Shown here: piece after piece, positions 39,225 to 51,355 of the stretch
Numbering within the stretch: position 1 is the first letter of the stretch
How the letters are laid out: every line of letters begins with the position of its first letter
Source: Mobula hypostoma
Lineage: Eukaryota
NCBI RefSeq assembly: GCF_963921235.1
Contig: NC_086098.1
Span: 2,542,001 to 2,606,000 of the forward strand
DNA length: 64,000 nt
Direction of reading: 5' to 3'
Translations under genes and position numbers: made by a program
Notes under the pieces: model-generated
Database searches by the model: none
The model's input: only the letters and a program-made list of their open reading frames with translations
What the model was told of the DNA's origin: nothing

Positions 39225-39800
39225 AAGCAACACACACAAAATGCTGGGGAACTCAGCAAGTCAGGCAAAGTCTATGGAAATGAATAAACATTGGATGTTT
39301 CGGGCCAAGTCCCTTCATCAGGACTGGAAAGGTAGGGGGATGGCAGAATATGAGGGGGGGGGGAAGGGAAGCAGCACACGGTAGAAGACGATAGGTGAAG
39401 TCAGGTGGGTGGTGGAAGAGGTGAAAAGAGGAAAAGGCAAAAGGCTGGAGAAGAAGGATTCTGATAGGAGAGGAGAGTGGATCATGGGAGAAAAGGAAGG
39501 AGGAGGGGAAGCAGGGGGAGGTGATAGCAGATGAGGAGGAAAGGTAGAGCCAGAGTATGGAATTGAACAAGTGGGAAGAAAAATTAAAACAAGTTGGAGA
39601 AATCAATGGTCATGGCATCAGGCTCGGAGGCTACGAGACTGAATATGAAGAGTTGCTTCTCCAACCCGGGAGTGGCCTCATCATGACAGAGGAGGGAGGA
39701 GACCATGGCTAATGTGCTGGAATAGGATTGGGGACTGGAATTAAAATGGTTGGGCATTGGGAAATACTGCTTTTTGCAGATGGAGCAAAGGTGCCTCACC
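39225..39800 (-). mobile_element. Penelope-like 3' fragment
   Basis: ORF 39584..39799 (HFNSSP..EATPGLEKQLFIFSL) parallels the GIY-YIG C-terminus; the terminal repeat has a hammerhead-like motif. Confidence 0.8.
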
Positions 39801-40358
39801 TAGCTATTGTAGGATTCTTCACTATTTTCCAGGACATTCGCTTCTCACATGACTCTCGGCATCTGTTAACAGCCGTGAAAGCATTTTCCCTTTAAGAAGC
39901 TTGGATGGGTGTAGGCTGTTTCTAACAGGTGCTAGAATTCTATGATTTTGGGTTCCCTGCTGATACACATAGCCACTGAAGAGCACACCGAATAGGGGCA
40001 GGATGAAGATATCACTCTAATGAACAAGGCGTACCGGACTAGTGTGCCACCTGCATTTCAATGTGTGCACACAAGTTACTCACCTATTGAGATCCCTGCA
40101 CACATTTTGGAGCTTACCAAATTTAGCTCTCCCCGCTTAATGCAAGACTTTGTTCGATGAAATTTCTACCAGACATTAGGAAGGCAGATAATTCAGGGAA
40201 AAAAGATAAAGGAAGTATCATTTTTAGCAAAAATAAAAGTTTTAAAATGGTGGTCTTTCTTCTAGCTTCAAACAGAATGTCATGTCAGAACTTCACTGGT
40301 TTGAAAGGCCTTTGTTTTACAATTCAAGGAACAGATATTCAGCAATAAGGAAACATAC

Positions 40359-40441
40359 TGAAACGGCTTCTTTCTCCTGAAAATAGTGTTCTTCTGGAAT
40401 ATTCCATGAGCTCTACGGATATCAAAGCTGGCCTGTAGATC
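40359..40441 (-). CDS. Proprotein convertase (kexin/furin family) exon A, 83 nt, DLQASFDIRRAHGIFQKNTIFRRKKPF(H)
   Basis: Minus strand has acceptor ttgctttctttttcag and donor gtatgt, phase 0 to 2. It begins DLQASFD (furin DPGASFD) and splices in frame (CA|C) to the HGTRC exon. Confidence 0.8.
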
Positions 40442-41787
40442 CTGAAAAAGAAAGCAAGTAACTTTTTAATATCCGTGTTGCAGCAAAAATGTATTTCAAA
40501 CAAATGTCAGTATCACAATTAATTTATTTTATTTTTTATTGTATTTAAAGATAGCGCAGAATAGGACTTTTTAGCCCTTCAAGCTGTGCTGCCCAGCAAC
40601 CCCCAGTTTAACACTAGACTAATCACGGGACAATTTACAGTGTCCAATTAACCTACTTACTGGTACGTCTATGGACTGAGGGAGAAAACTCGACTACCGG
40701 AGAAAAACCACGCATTCCATCGAGAGAACGTACAGATGACTTCGAAATTGAACTCTGAACTCTGACACCCCAAGCTGGAATAGCATTGCGCTAACCACTA
40801 CATTACTGTACATGAATCAGCCACTTCCACTCTGGGAAAATTCTCTGGCAGTCCACTCTATCTCTGCCTCATCATCTTGTACATCTCTATCAAGACACCT
40901 CTCATTCTCTTTCATTCCAATGAGAAAAGCCAATTTCTCTTCTCTTCTAATCACTCATCCTTCCTACCCCTCGTGGTCACACTGCCCTCTCCTATCTCTG
41001 CCTACCTCTTCATTGTTTTAGACCTATCCTCTCTTCATTAAAAATGCAAAAGACACTGCTGTCAACCTTTCCCTAAGATCTTCCCATGCCTTTGTTACCA
41101 ACTGTCAAAGCGTGTTGCTTCTGAACCCTGGAGCTGAAGTATCTGTTGTGCAAAATATTTCCATGCAGAGAACTATTCACATTTGTTTCAGTAGGAAATT
41201 TCCAGAAACTCCAATTCTCTGCTTTGTGTTAAATATCAGAGGATCTTATTTTCATCAACAATGTAATCCCATCACTATTTAGGATCACTTAAGGGCAGTC
41301 ATTGTCCTATATAATCATAAAAGAGAAATATGATTTTATTCAGTCAATAAAGACGATCTGTAAGGTAAAAGTAAGGAAGATAATAAAAAAAATAGAAACT
41401 AGTAAAGATGGGTCTGAGTCTGCAGAGACATGAACGAGGCAATTGCAGAGGTGGTTGAATAGAGATCTTGGCTAACAATCCATTTCCTGACATATCAAAT
41501 TACCATTCTACAGCAAACAACAGCCTAAACTCAGTGTTGCCAAATCTGGTCTCAATCTCAATAGCATGCAAACCTTATTCATCTCAGTGACTCAGAGATA
41601 GCAGTCCCTTACGGTCTAATGAGACCACACTACCCAGTTACACCGATGTGACCAACTAACCATACATCATCACTGAAATGATCACTGAACACAACCTGTG
41701 GACTCACTTTCAAGGACTCGTTCTCGGTATTTGTTTATTGTATTTGCACATTTTCTCCTTTTGCACATTGGCTACTTTTCAGTTTTA

Positions 41788-42363
41788 TTAGATTAGATTA
41801 TGAGGACACGCAGTCCTCTTTTATTGTCATTTAGTAATGCATGCATTAAGAAATGATACAATGTTTTTCCAGAATAATATCACAGAAACACATGACAAAT
41901 CAAGATTGAAAAACTGACAAAAACCACATAATTAAAACATATAGTTACAACAGTGCAAAGCAATACGGTAATTTGATAAGAACAGACCATGGGCACGGTA
42001 CAGTCTCAAAGTCTCTCGAAAGTCCCATCATCTCACACAGACAGTAAACTTCCAGTGGTGCAAACTTGCCGATGCAGCATCCCGGAAGCATCCAACCACA
42101 GTCCGACTCCGAGTCCGTCCGAAAACTTCGAGCCTCCGACCAGCTCTCTGACACCGATGCACCGAGCACCATCTCTGCCGAGCGCTTCGACCCCGGCCCC
42201 GGCAACAGGCGATACGCAAAGCTGAGGATTTGGGGCCTTCCCCTCCGGAGATTCTCGATCGCTCAGTAGCAGTGGCAGCAAAGCGGGCATTTCAGAAGTT
42301 TCTCCAGATGTTCCTCTGTGCTCCTTCATGTCTGTCTCCATCAAATCCAGATTGTGCACGGCA
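41788..42363 (-). mobile_element. Non-coding retroposon of the same family as 63836-64000
   Basis: Shared block gccgtgcacaatc..gatttgatg..ggaacatctggagaaacttctgaaa; (tagat)n tail on plus. Confidence 0.65.
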
Positions 42364-44094
42364 TTTGTTTGGTTTTCATTGATTCTATTTTTTTTTGTTC
42401 TACTCTGAATGGCTGCAAGAAGATGAATCTCAGGGTAGTGTATGGTGACACGTATGTGCTTTGATAATGAATTTACTTTGAACTTTGGAAGAAACCAGAG
42501 CACCTGGAGGAAACACATGCAGCAACAGGGAGATCGTTCAAACTCCTTAACCTGGGTCATGGGTATTGTAAAGCGTTGTGCTTTACAGTACATTTTAACC
42601 ACTATGCTACTACGCCACCTTATTTTTAAACCAATGGATGCAGAGTTTGAGAGAAGTATCTTAATGGTCCAAATCTTGGGTTAATATTGGAGCATAAGGC
42701 TCCTGTTAGGTTTCAGCGAGGAACGATTGAGATGAGAAGGCCACTTCAACATGGAGTTCTCTCTTTGGAAAACAGAAGCTGAATAGACACAATAATGAAC
42801 AACAGGTTTCCTCAGCAGCTGGACAGAAGAATTCTGTCTGAGGTACCTGGGTAAGAGTTTATATTCCAAAATGCTATATAAGGTCAGTAATGTATTACCC
42901 TCATGTAGAAAATGCAGTGAAGCAGGCACTGAAGGAAATGTACTTGTACACTCTACCTATGATGTTATCTGAACACGCATTTACCTTTAGTACAAGTGAT
43001 TGGCACAGGTGGCAAATGCATCCAAGCACAAAGAACTCCCTCTTCGTCATTTGCAGCAGCAGATTCTCTGTCAATACTGTGTCGCATTTGGTCACAAATG
43101 GCTTTAGCTGAGGCAGCAGGGTAGCATCATGGTCAGCATAATGCTTTACAGTGCCTGAGATCAATATCAGCTTTCAATTCCCTCTGCTGACTGTAAGGAT
43201 CATTCTCCCCATGACAGTGTGGGTTTATGCAGGCTGCTCCGGTTTCCTAATACATTCCAAAGACCTACTGGTTAGGGTTAGTAAGTTGTGGGCATGCCAG
43301 GTTGGCACTGGAAGCATGGCGTCACTTGCGGCTTGTACCCAGCACATCCTCGGACTGTGTTGGTGGTTGACACGAATGACGCATTTCACAACTGAAAACG
43401 TTTCATTGATTTGATGTTCAAATAAATAAGGCTAATCTTTAAGAGGTGAGAAAATTAGGCAGCATGGGAACTGGGCCCACTTGTTCCTGCTCAAGATTCA
43501 AGATTGTTTAATGTCATTTCCTGGACACAAGTGCCAAGCAGTACAAAATAATCGTTACACTGAATCTGATGCAGCACAATAAAAAATTAAAAAATACAAT
43601 AAGATAAAAAACTCTATAATAAAAAAAACACAATTCATATAAATACATAAGATAGCTTATATCCGTAGCTTGATTGGAATGCCACTAAGTGATGCTCATG
43701 GCAAGTTAGTGGGTGGAGGTGTAGATCAGACTTGGGGAAAGTAACTGTTTGGAATTTGGTGGTCCTGGTGCCAATACTATGCCCCCTATGGGAGAGGATT
43801 AAAGAGTCCATGAGCAGGGTGGGTGGGATCCTTCATAATGTTACTGACCCGATCAAATCAAGAGAGGAGGTTACCCATAGGTCAGGGCAAGAGATTTCAA
43901 GAGGAGCATTCGCGGGTTAACCACTTTTTCGGGCAGCCCAGTAAAATTGTGATTCATTCGCAAGGGTAAATAAAAACAATCAGTGAACCATTGTGTGAGA
44001 GAACCAGTGTTAGAGTGGGAAGACTTTGGCTCAACAGAATTGGGTGAAATAAATATATAGTAAGTTTCTTCTTCATTCTTCATCTGTTAGTGCA

Positions 44095-46865
44095 AAGTTA
44101 GTGCACTTAGGGGAAAATGATCATAATATGATCGAATTTACCCTGTAATTCGAGAAGGAGAAGCTAAAGTCAGATGTATCAGAATTACAGTGGAGTAAAG
44201 GGAATTACAAATGAGAGGGAAGTTGGCTAGAATTGATTTGAAAAGAACCCTGCAGAGTAGCAATAGCTGGAATTTCCGGAAGCAATTCAGAAGGCACAGG
44301 GTATATACTGTACATCCCAAAGAGGAAGAAGTATTCTTAAGGCAAGATGACACAATTGTGGCAAAGAAGAGAAGTCAAAGCCAACATAAAAGCCAAAGAG
44401 AGGGCATATAATAGAGCAAAAATTAGTGGGAAGTTAGAGAATTGGGGAGCTTTTAAAAACCACCAGAAAGCAACAAAAAAGTAATTAAGAAGTAAAGATA
44501 GAATACAAGAGTAAACTAGCCTTTAATATTTAAGAAGATACCAAAAGTTTCTTCAGATACATAAAATGTAACAGAGAGGCAAGAGTGCATATCGGTCATC
44601 GGAAGATGATACTGGAGAGGTAGTAATGGGGGAACAAGGAAATGGTGGATGAACTGAATAAGTATTTTACATCAGCCTTCACTGTGGAAGACACCAGCAG
44701 TATGGTGGAAATTCCAGGTGTCAGGGGTCATGAAGTGCGTGAAATTACCATTACTAGGGAGAAGGTTCTTGGGAAGCAGAAAGGTTTGAAATTAGATACG
44801 TCACTTAAACCAGATGGTACACACACAAGGGTTCTGAAAGAGGTGGCTGAAGAGATTGTGGAGGCATTAGTAATGATCTTTCAAGAATCACTAGATTTTG
44901 GAATGGTTCTGGAAGATTGGAAAATTGCAAATGCCGCTCCACTCTTCAAGCTGGGAGGCAGGCAGTAGAAAGGATATTATAGGCCTCAGTGGTTGGGAAG
45001 ATGTTGGAGTCAATATTTAAGGATGTGATTTCGGGGTACTTGGAAGCACATGATAAAATAGCCCACAGTCAGAATGATTTCCTCAAGAGAAAATCTTGCC
45101 TAACAAATCTGTTGCAATTCTTTGAAGAAATAAAAGCAAGATTGGCAAAGGAGAATCTGTTGATGTTGTGCACTTGGATTTTCAGAAGGTCTTTGACAAG
45201 GACTCGATGGAGACACATGGATTGCATGTTGCCTCTGAGATGCCAGGGTCAGGGATGTCTTAAATTGGGTCCATGGACTTCAAAAGGGAGAGGGGGGCAG
45301 CTGGAAGCCATGGTACATATTGGCACCAATGACATAGGTAGGAACAAGGAGGAGGTCCTGAAAAGAGGTTAGGGAGTTAGGTAGAAAGCTGAAAAGCAGG
45401 ATCTCCAAGGCAGTAATCTCAGGATTGCTGCCTGTGCCATTCATAAGTGAGGGTAATACAAAGATATGCCAGATGTATGCGTGGCTGAGCAACTGGTGCA
45501 GGGGGCAGGGATTCAGATTTCTGGATCATTGGGATTTCTTCCGGGGAAGGTATAACTTCTATAAAAAGGATGGGTTACACATGAATCCCAGAAGGACCGA
45601 TACCCTTGTGGGCAGGTTTGCAGAAGCTGTTGGGGAGGCAGGAGGATGGGAACTGGAGTGATGGGGCCAAGGATGGGGTATTTGCCGTACAATTAGAGGC
45701 AGTGTGCAATGAGACTGTGAGGAAGGACAGGCAGATGATTGGGCAGGGTTGTAGTCAGTGGGATGAGTTGCAGTGTAACCTGATGGCATGAACATCGATT
45801 TCTCGAAATTCCGGTAATGCCTCCCCACCCCCTTTACTATTCCCCATTACCATTTCTCTCTCTCACCTTCTCTCCTTACCTGCCCATCACCTCCCTCTGG
45901 TGTTCCTCCCCCTTCCCTTTCTTCCATGGTCTTCTATCCTCTCCTATCGGATTCCCCCTTCACCAGTCCTTTATCGCTTTCACCTATCAATTTCCCAGCT
46001 CGTTACTTTACCCTTGCCCTCTCCCAGTTTTACCTATCATCTACCGCCTTGTAATTCCTCCTCCCTCCCCCCACATTCTTGTTCTAATTTCTCAATATTT
46101 TTTTCCAGTCTGATGAAGGGTCTCAGTCCAAAGCATCAACTGTTTACTTTTTTCCATAGATGATGCCCGGCCTGCTGAGTTCCTCCAGCATTTATGTGTA
46201 TTGTTAACAAAATAAAAGCCCATAGTCTTACGGGAAAGATGCTAATATGGATACAGGATTGGCTGACTTTCAGGATTCAAAGAGTGAAACGAAATTGATC
46301 CTTTTTTGATTGGCTGCTGATGACTTGTGGTGTTGAGGAGTTCTGTAGTGTCCAATGCTGGAACCTCTTCTTCTTATGTTGTGTGTCAATGATTTGGATG
46401 ACGAAATTGATGGCTTTGTGGCCAAGTTTGTGGATGATACGAAGATAGGTGGAGAGGCAGGTAGTGCTGAGGAAACAGGGAGTCTGCAGAAGGGTTTAGA
46501 CAGATTGGGAGAATGGGTAAAGAAGTAGCAGATGAAATACAGTATCAGGAAGTGCGTGGTCATGCACTTTGGTAGAAGGAACAAAAGCGTAGATTATTTT
46601 TTAAATGGGCAGAAAATTTTTTAAAAACGCTCAGAGAGTGGTGAATCTGTGGAATTCGTTGTCACAGGCACCTGTAGAGGCCAGATCAGTGGGTCCATTT
46701 AAGGAAGAGCTTCTTAGGTTCTTGATTAGTCAGGGCATGAAGGGATATGGGGAGAAGGCAGGAGACTGGCTGAGAGGGAAAATGGATCAACCATGATGAA
46801 ATGGTGAAGCAGATTCCATGTGCGAATTGGCTAGTTCTGCTCCTACATCCTATTGTCTTATGGTC
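44095..46865 (+). mobile_element. Old CR1 ORF2 containing a CR1 ORF1 esterase fragment (about 45200-45775) and a Penelope terminus (about 45776-46205)
   Basis: ORFs 44642..44968, 44989..45372 (switches to MVHIGTNDIG) and 45425..45661 (GFRFLDHW..DGLHMN); RT resumes near 46205. Confidence 0.8.
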
Positions 46866-47289
46866 TACTCCAGCATCGTTCTGTATCTTTGTCCCTGATG
46901 GCGGGTGGTCAGATGCCACTGATGTGTTGGGCAGTTTTGACTACCCATGATAGAGCCTTCCTGATCGTCCTCAGTGTCGATCCATCTGTAATCACGGCAC
47001 TCTCCAAGGTAATTTCCCCAGTGGTTTCGTCAGCAGGAAGTCATCGAGAAGAGGAGGTTGCATCTGTCAGGGTGGGTCCCTGATCTTTCTGTCACAAGCG
47101 GCTGGGAGAAAATGGGGCGAAATCAAGCCTCACATACTGAACAGTTACAATAATCTGTCACTGTTACTGAGCCACACCCTCTGATTCAGCTGCCAGTCAG
47201 AGTTGAGTGCTGAGAGATTATTCCCTTTTGGTAGGTAATCTACATAAAGGGGAATGGATTCAGAATAAGTAACAGCCCATTTGAAACAA

Positions 47290-47875
47290 ACATCTTCCCT
47301 CACCTCATCCTCCTGCCACTTCATCAGAGAGAGGGTTCTTCATGTCCTCACCTACCTTCATGCCCAGCATATAATTCTCCATAATTTCCACCATCTCCAA
47401 AGGGATCCCACCACCAAGCACATCTTTCCCTCCCTACTACTTTCTGCTTTCTGTAGGGATGACTCCCTTATCCATTCATCCCTCCCCTCTGATCTCCCTC
47501 CTGGCACTTCTCCTTGCAAGCAGAACCTGCCCCTACACCTCCTCCCTCACTACCATTCAGGGCCACAAATAGTCCTTCTAGGTGAGGCGACACTTCGTGT
47601 GAGTCTGTTGGGGTCATCCTCTGTATCAGATGCTCCCGGTGTAGCCTCCTGCGTATCAGAGAGACCCAAAATAGATTGGGAAACCTCTTCGCCGAGCACC
47701 TACGCTCTATCTGCCAGAACAAGTGGGATCTCCCAGTGGCCACCCATTTTAATTCCACTTCCCATTCCCATTCCGATATGTCCATCCATGCCCTCCTCTA
47801 CTGCCATGATGAGGCCACACTCAGGTTGGAGGAACAACACATACTCGGTTTGGGTAGCTCCTGATGGCATGAACA
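47290..47875 (+). mobile_element. Penelope-like GIY-YIG region fragment
   Basis: ORF 47676..47864 has FAEHLRSI..DLPVATHFNSTSHSHSDMSI..EATLRLEEQH. Confidence 0.85.
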
Positions 47876-48072
47876 CGTCTCTCCAGTGCTCGCTTGGTGA
47901 AAGACAAGCTGGTGGTTTGTATTCATTTGCAGACTACTGCGGGCTTGTCCTTGCCGACAACATTCATGAACTCAGGGTCTGAGGCTATTTCTTGTGTGAC
48001 TGTATGTTTACTGCTATCTTAAATGATCTACATGTCCTGAACAAGGGCCTTGGCCCGAAGTGTCGACTGTTT

Positions 48073-48280
48073 TGTAGGCGTGCTGACAAAAATTGGGAGG
48101 AGTGTAATTACTTCTAACACACACTTTATCCCAGTGCAAACAATTACAATATTGCATATATATCCAAAAAAAAGCTGCCCCCAAACTGTAATAATGTACA
48201 ACACAATGCATAACATACACGGAGAATTTAACCCTTGTCACTCTGGGTGACTTCTATCTCATGAAATTAAGGAGTCCACA
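48073..48280 (-). repeat. Gypsy 3' LTR, about 208 bp, TG...CA
   Basis: On minus it follows the polypurine tract GGGGGGTGGGGGTGG (48295-48281), starts TGTGG, ends CTACA, and is homologous to 58431-58600. Confidence 0.85.
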
Positions 48281-50962
48281 CCACCCCCACCCCCCAGAAT
48301 TCACCCTAGCAGACAAAGTCAAACGAGCAGGGGCCTGCAAAACTCAGTTGAATCTACTCCTCCCTTCACAAGCAGTGTCAGAAGGTCTGGAGGTGTGAAC
48401 CGGCCCCTCCACGGGGGCTGTGTCACATCCAGTGGAGAGGCCAGGTCCGAATGGACAGCCTTGAGATGATCCACAGAAACACTGTCCGGGATACTTCCAA
48501 AGCCAGTGTAAAGGACTTATCCCCCACTTCCCACATGTGGAACCGGCCGTCATAAGGAAGCCGCAGGGGACCCCGATGTCCATCATGATGCCCAAGCACA
48601 TATTTCACCTCCCTCAGTCCCAGCAACTGGTGCAACGGCAGGAAGCCGTGCTGCGTCGTGGAGCACCAGAGTGAATGTTTTGGCGCTCTCCATAAAACCG
48701 CCCTCTGCTGCAAAGCAGACCATGGGACCGTGGACTTTGGGAGAAACTCTCCCAACACACGCAGGGATTGCCCGAAAACGAGCTCCGCAGAAGAGCGCTG
48801 TAGGTCCACCTAAGGGGCCGTCCTCAGGCGCAACATGACCCACAGCAGTCTGCCCGCCCAACTCCCGCCACCGAGGTACGCACGGAGAGTGGCTTTCATT
48901 GAACGGTGGAGCCGCTCAGACAGACCGCTGGCCTGAGGCTCAGAAGCTGTGGTCCGGTGCAGTTTGACCCTGGATCATGGGCAACTGCACACCCAAACTC
49001 GGATGTAAACCACGTCCCTCGGTTTGAAGAAATATCCAACAGGATGCAGAACCGAACAATTCACGAGGCCACAAACGCTCGTGCCACCTCTGCAGCTGAA
49101 ATGGACAAAGGCAGCACTGCCTCTGGCCAACGCGTACCCCTACTGATGATGGTGAGGAGGTGAGTCAACCTATGGGATGGGCAACAAGCCAAACAAATCC
49201 ACATTCAAGTGGTCAAAACACCGCTCAGGGACCGCGAGAGGACCCTTGGCGAGTCAATGCACCTTGTGTGTTGACATGCCAAACAAGCACTAGCCCAGTC
49301 CCTGATCTGCTTCTTAAGCCTGTGTCCCACGAACTTTTCTGTCACCAGTTTCTGCGATGCTCTCTGGCCTGGTGAGAAAGACCATGGGCCGCATCGATAA
49401 CGGATTGCCACCAGCTCGCTGCCACAACCAGCCTGGGTCGCCCCGTTGACACATCACACAGTGGTGAAACGCCGCTGCCATCGAAAGCCATGCTCACCAA
49501 TTTCAACCCTGTGTCTGCCGAGCGCAGCACCTGCACGCTCAGGTCCGAAACCAGGTCTGCCGCCATCACAGCGTAGTCCGTACACAAATGGACAGCACCA
49601 GTGAAGGACTGGGAGATGGAGTCAGCCACGAGGTTACGCTTCCCCGCGACATGTTGGGTGTCTGTGGTGAACTCTGAAAAAAAAGAAAGATGGCACTGCT
49701 GTCGATAGACCAAGGTTCAGGTTGGCCGTGATGAAAGTCGGGGGCTTATGACCCACAATAGCTGTAACTGGTTGGTTCTCTAGGAGAAAACGAAAATGCT
49801 GCACTGCCAAGTACAGGCCGAGAAGCTCGCGTTCGCAGGGGCGAGAGGCTGGTAAACACCGTTGGCCAACTGCTCACGCACTGGACCGACTGTGCAATCC
49901 GACGTGGTGAGAGCGACTGGCGTATCCGGGAGGGAGGGGGTGCACCAGAAGAGCTGCATTAGACAATGTCTGCTTAGTGTCCGACAACACCTTCAACCTT
50001 TCCTTCATCCAGTCCACAAAGTGCTTGGCCTCTCTGCCCTTAAGGGCCTTGTAGAGGGGATGCATGAGATGTGCCGCTTTGGGGACAGAACAGTGATAAA
50101 AGTTCACCATGCCCAAAACTCCTGTGGGTCCTGAACGGTGACTGGCTGAGGTAAGTGCTTAATGGCCTCAGCCTTAGCCGGCAAGGGAGCTGGCCTTGCT
50201 GCATTGATGCGGTGTCCGAGGAAATCGACCACGGACAGTCCAAGCTGGCATTTCGCCGGGTTGACGATAAGACTGTGCTGACTAAGATGTTTGAAAAGGT
50301 TTCTCAAGTGTAAAAGGTGCTTGTCCTTAGAAGAGCTGGCTACCAAAATGTCATCTAGGTAAACAAACAGAAATGGCAGATCCCTGAGAACACTGACCAT
50401 GAGGTGCTGAATATTCTGGGCCACGTTCTTCAGCCCGAAGGCACTTGAAGGAACTCAAACAAACCTCACAGTGTAATAGCAGCCGTTTCAGGAATGTCAC
50501 TTGGTTCGACAGGGACCTGGTGATAATTGCAAACGAGGTCCACCTTCCAGAAAATAATTTTCCGTGCCAGACGGGCACAGGAATCTTGGATATGCAGGAT
50601 CGGGTATCAGTCAGGGGTTGTGGAGTCGTTGAGGCAGCAGTAATCGTCACGTGGACGCCACCTGCCCCCTGGTTTTCACACGATGTGGTGAGGGGATGCA
50701 TTCCTGACAAAGCCCAGGTGCTCCATGGTGTCAGACTCAGCCTTGGCGGTGGCTAGATTCTCCGGGTGCCTGCTGCGAGCGTGAACGGCCAGGCCGGTGA
50801 TGAGGATGAGGTGCTCCACTCCGTGCTTAGCAGTGGAGGAGGAGAAGGTGGGCTCGGACGGGTCTGGGAACTCAGCGAGGAGGCAGAGGAAGTTGTCGGA
50901 GGCAGAGAGGGCGCTGGACAAATTTGAAGTGCTGGTGGTACTGAGTGTGCTGGAGAGGGAGT

Positions 50963-51355
50963 AGAAAGTAGAAACATACAAAACCTACAGCACAATACAG
51001 GCCCTTCGGCCCACAAAGCTGTGCCGAACATGTACTTTAGAAATTACCTAGAGTTACCCATAGCCCTCTATTTCTCTAAGCTCCATGTACCCATCTAGGA
51101 GTCTCTTAAAAGACCCTATCGTTTCCGCCTCCACCACCATTGCCCAACGCCGGCAGCCCTAGGCCTGAGTCAATGTAGTAGTAGTACCATCACCGGCAGC
51201 CCGTTCCACGCACTCACCACTCTTTGCGTAAAAAACTTACCCCTGACATCTCCTCTGTACCTGCTTCCAAGCACCTTAAAACTGTGCCGTCTCGTGCTAG
51301 CCATTTCAGCCCTGGGAAAAAGCCTCTGACTATCCACATGATCAATGCCTCCCAT
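50963..51355 (-). mobile_element. CR1 3' end inserted between Gypsy protease and RT
   Basis: ORF 51170..51355 has IDHVDSQRLFPRAEMASTRRHSFKVLG; same 3' UTR as 1924-2945. Confidence 0.9.

Noticed and set aside
8765..40441. Assigning the symbol PCSK1, PCSK4 or FURIN
   Set aside because: AMEANN resembles PC1/3, but the other exons diverge too much to call orthology without a phylogeny.
42033..42602. 189-aa minus ORF
   Set aside because: It spans three unrelated repeat fragments and has no motif.
47281..47982. 233-aa ORF as a host gene
   Set aside because: It is read-through of a frameshifted Penelope fragment.
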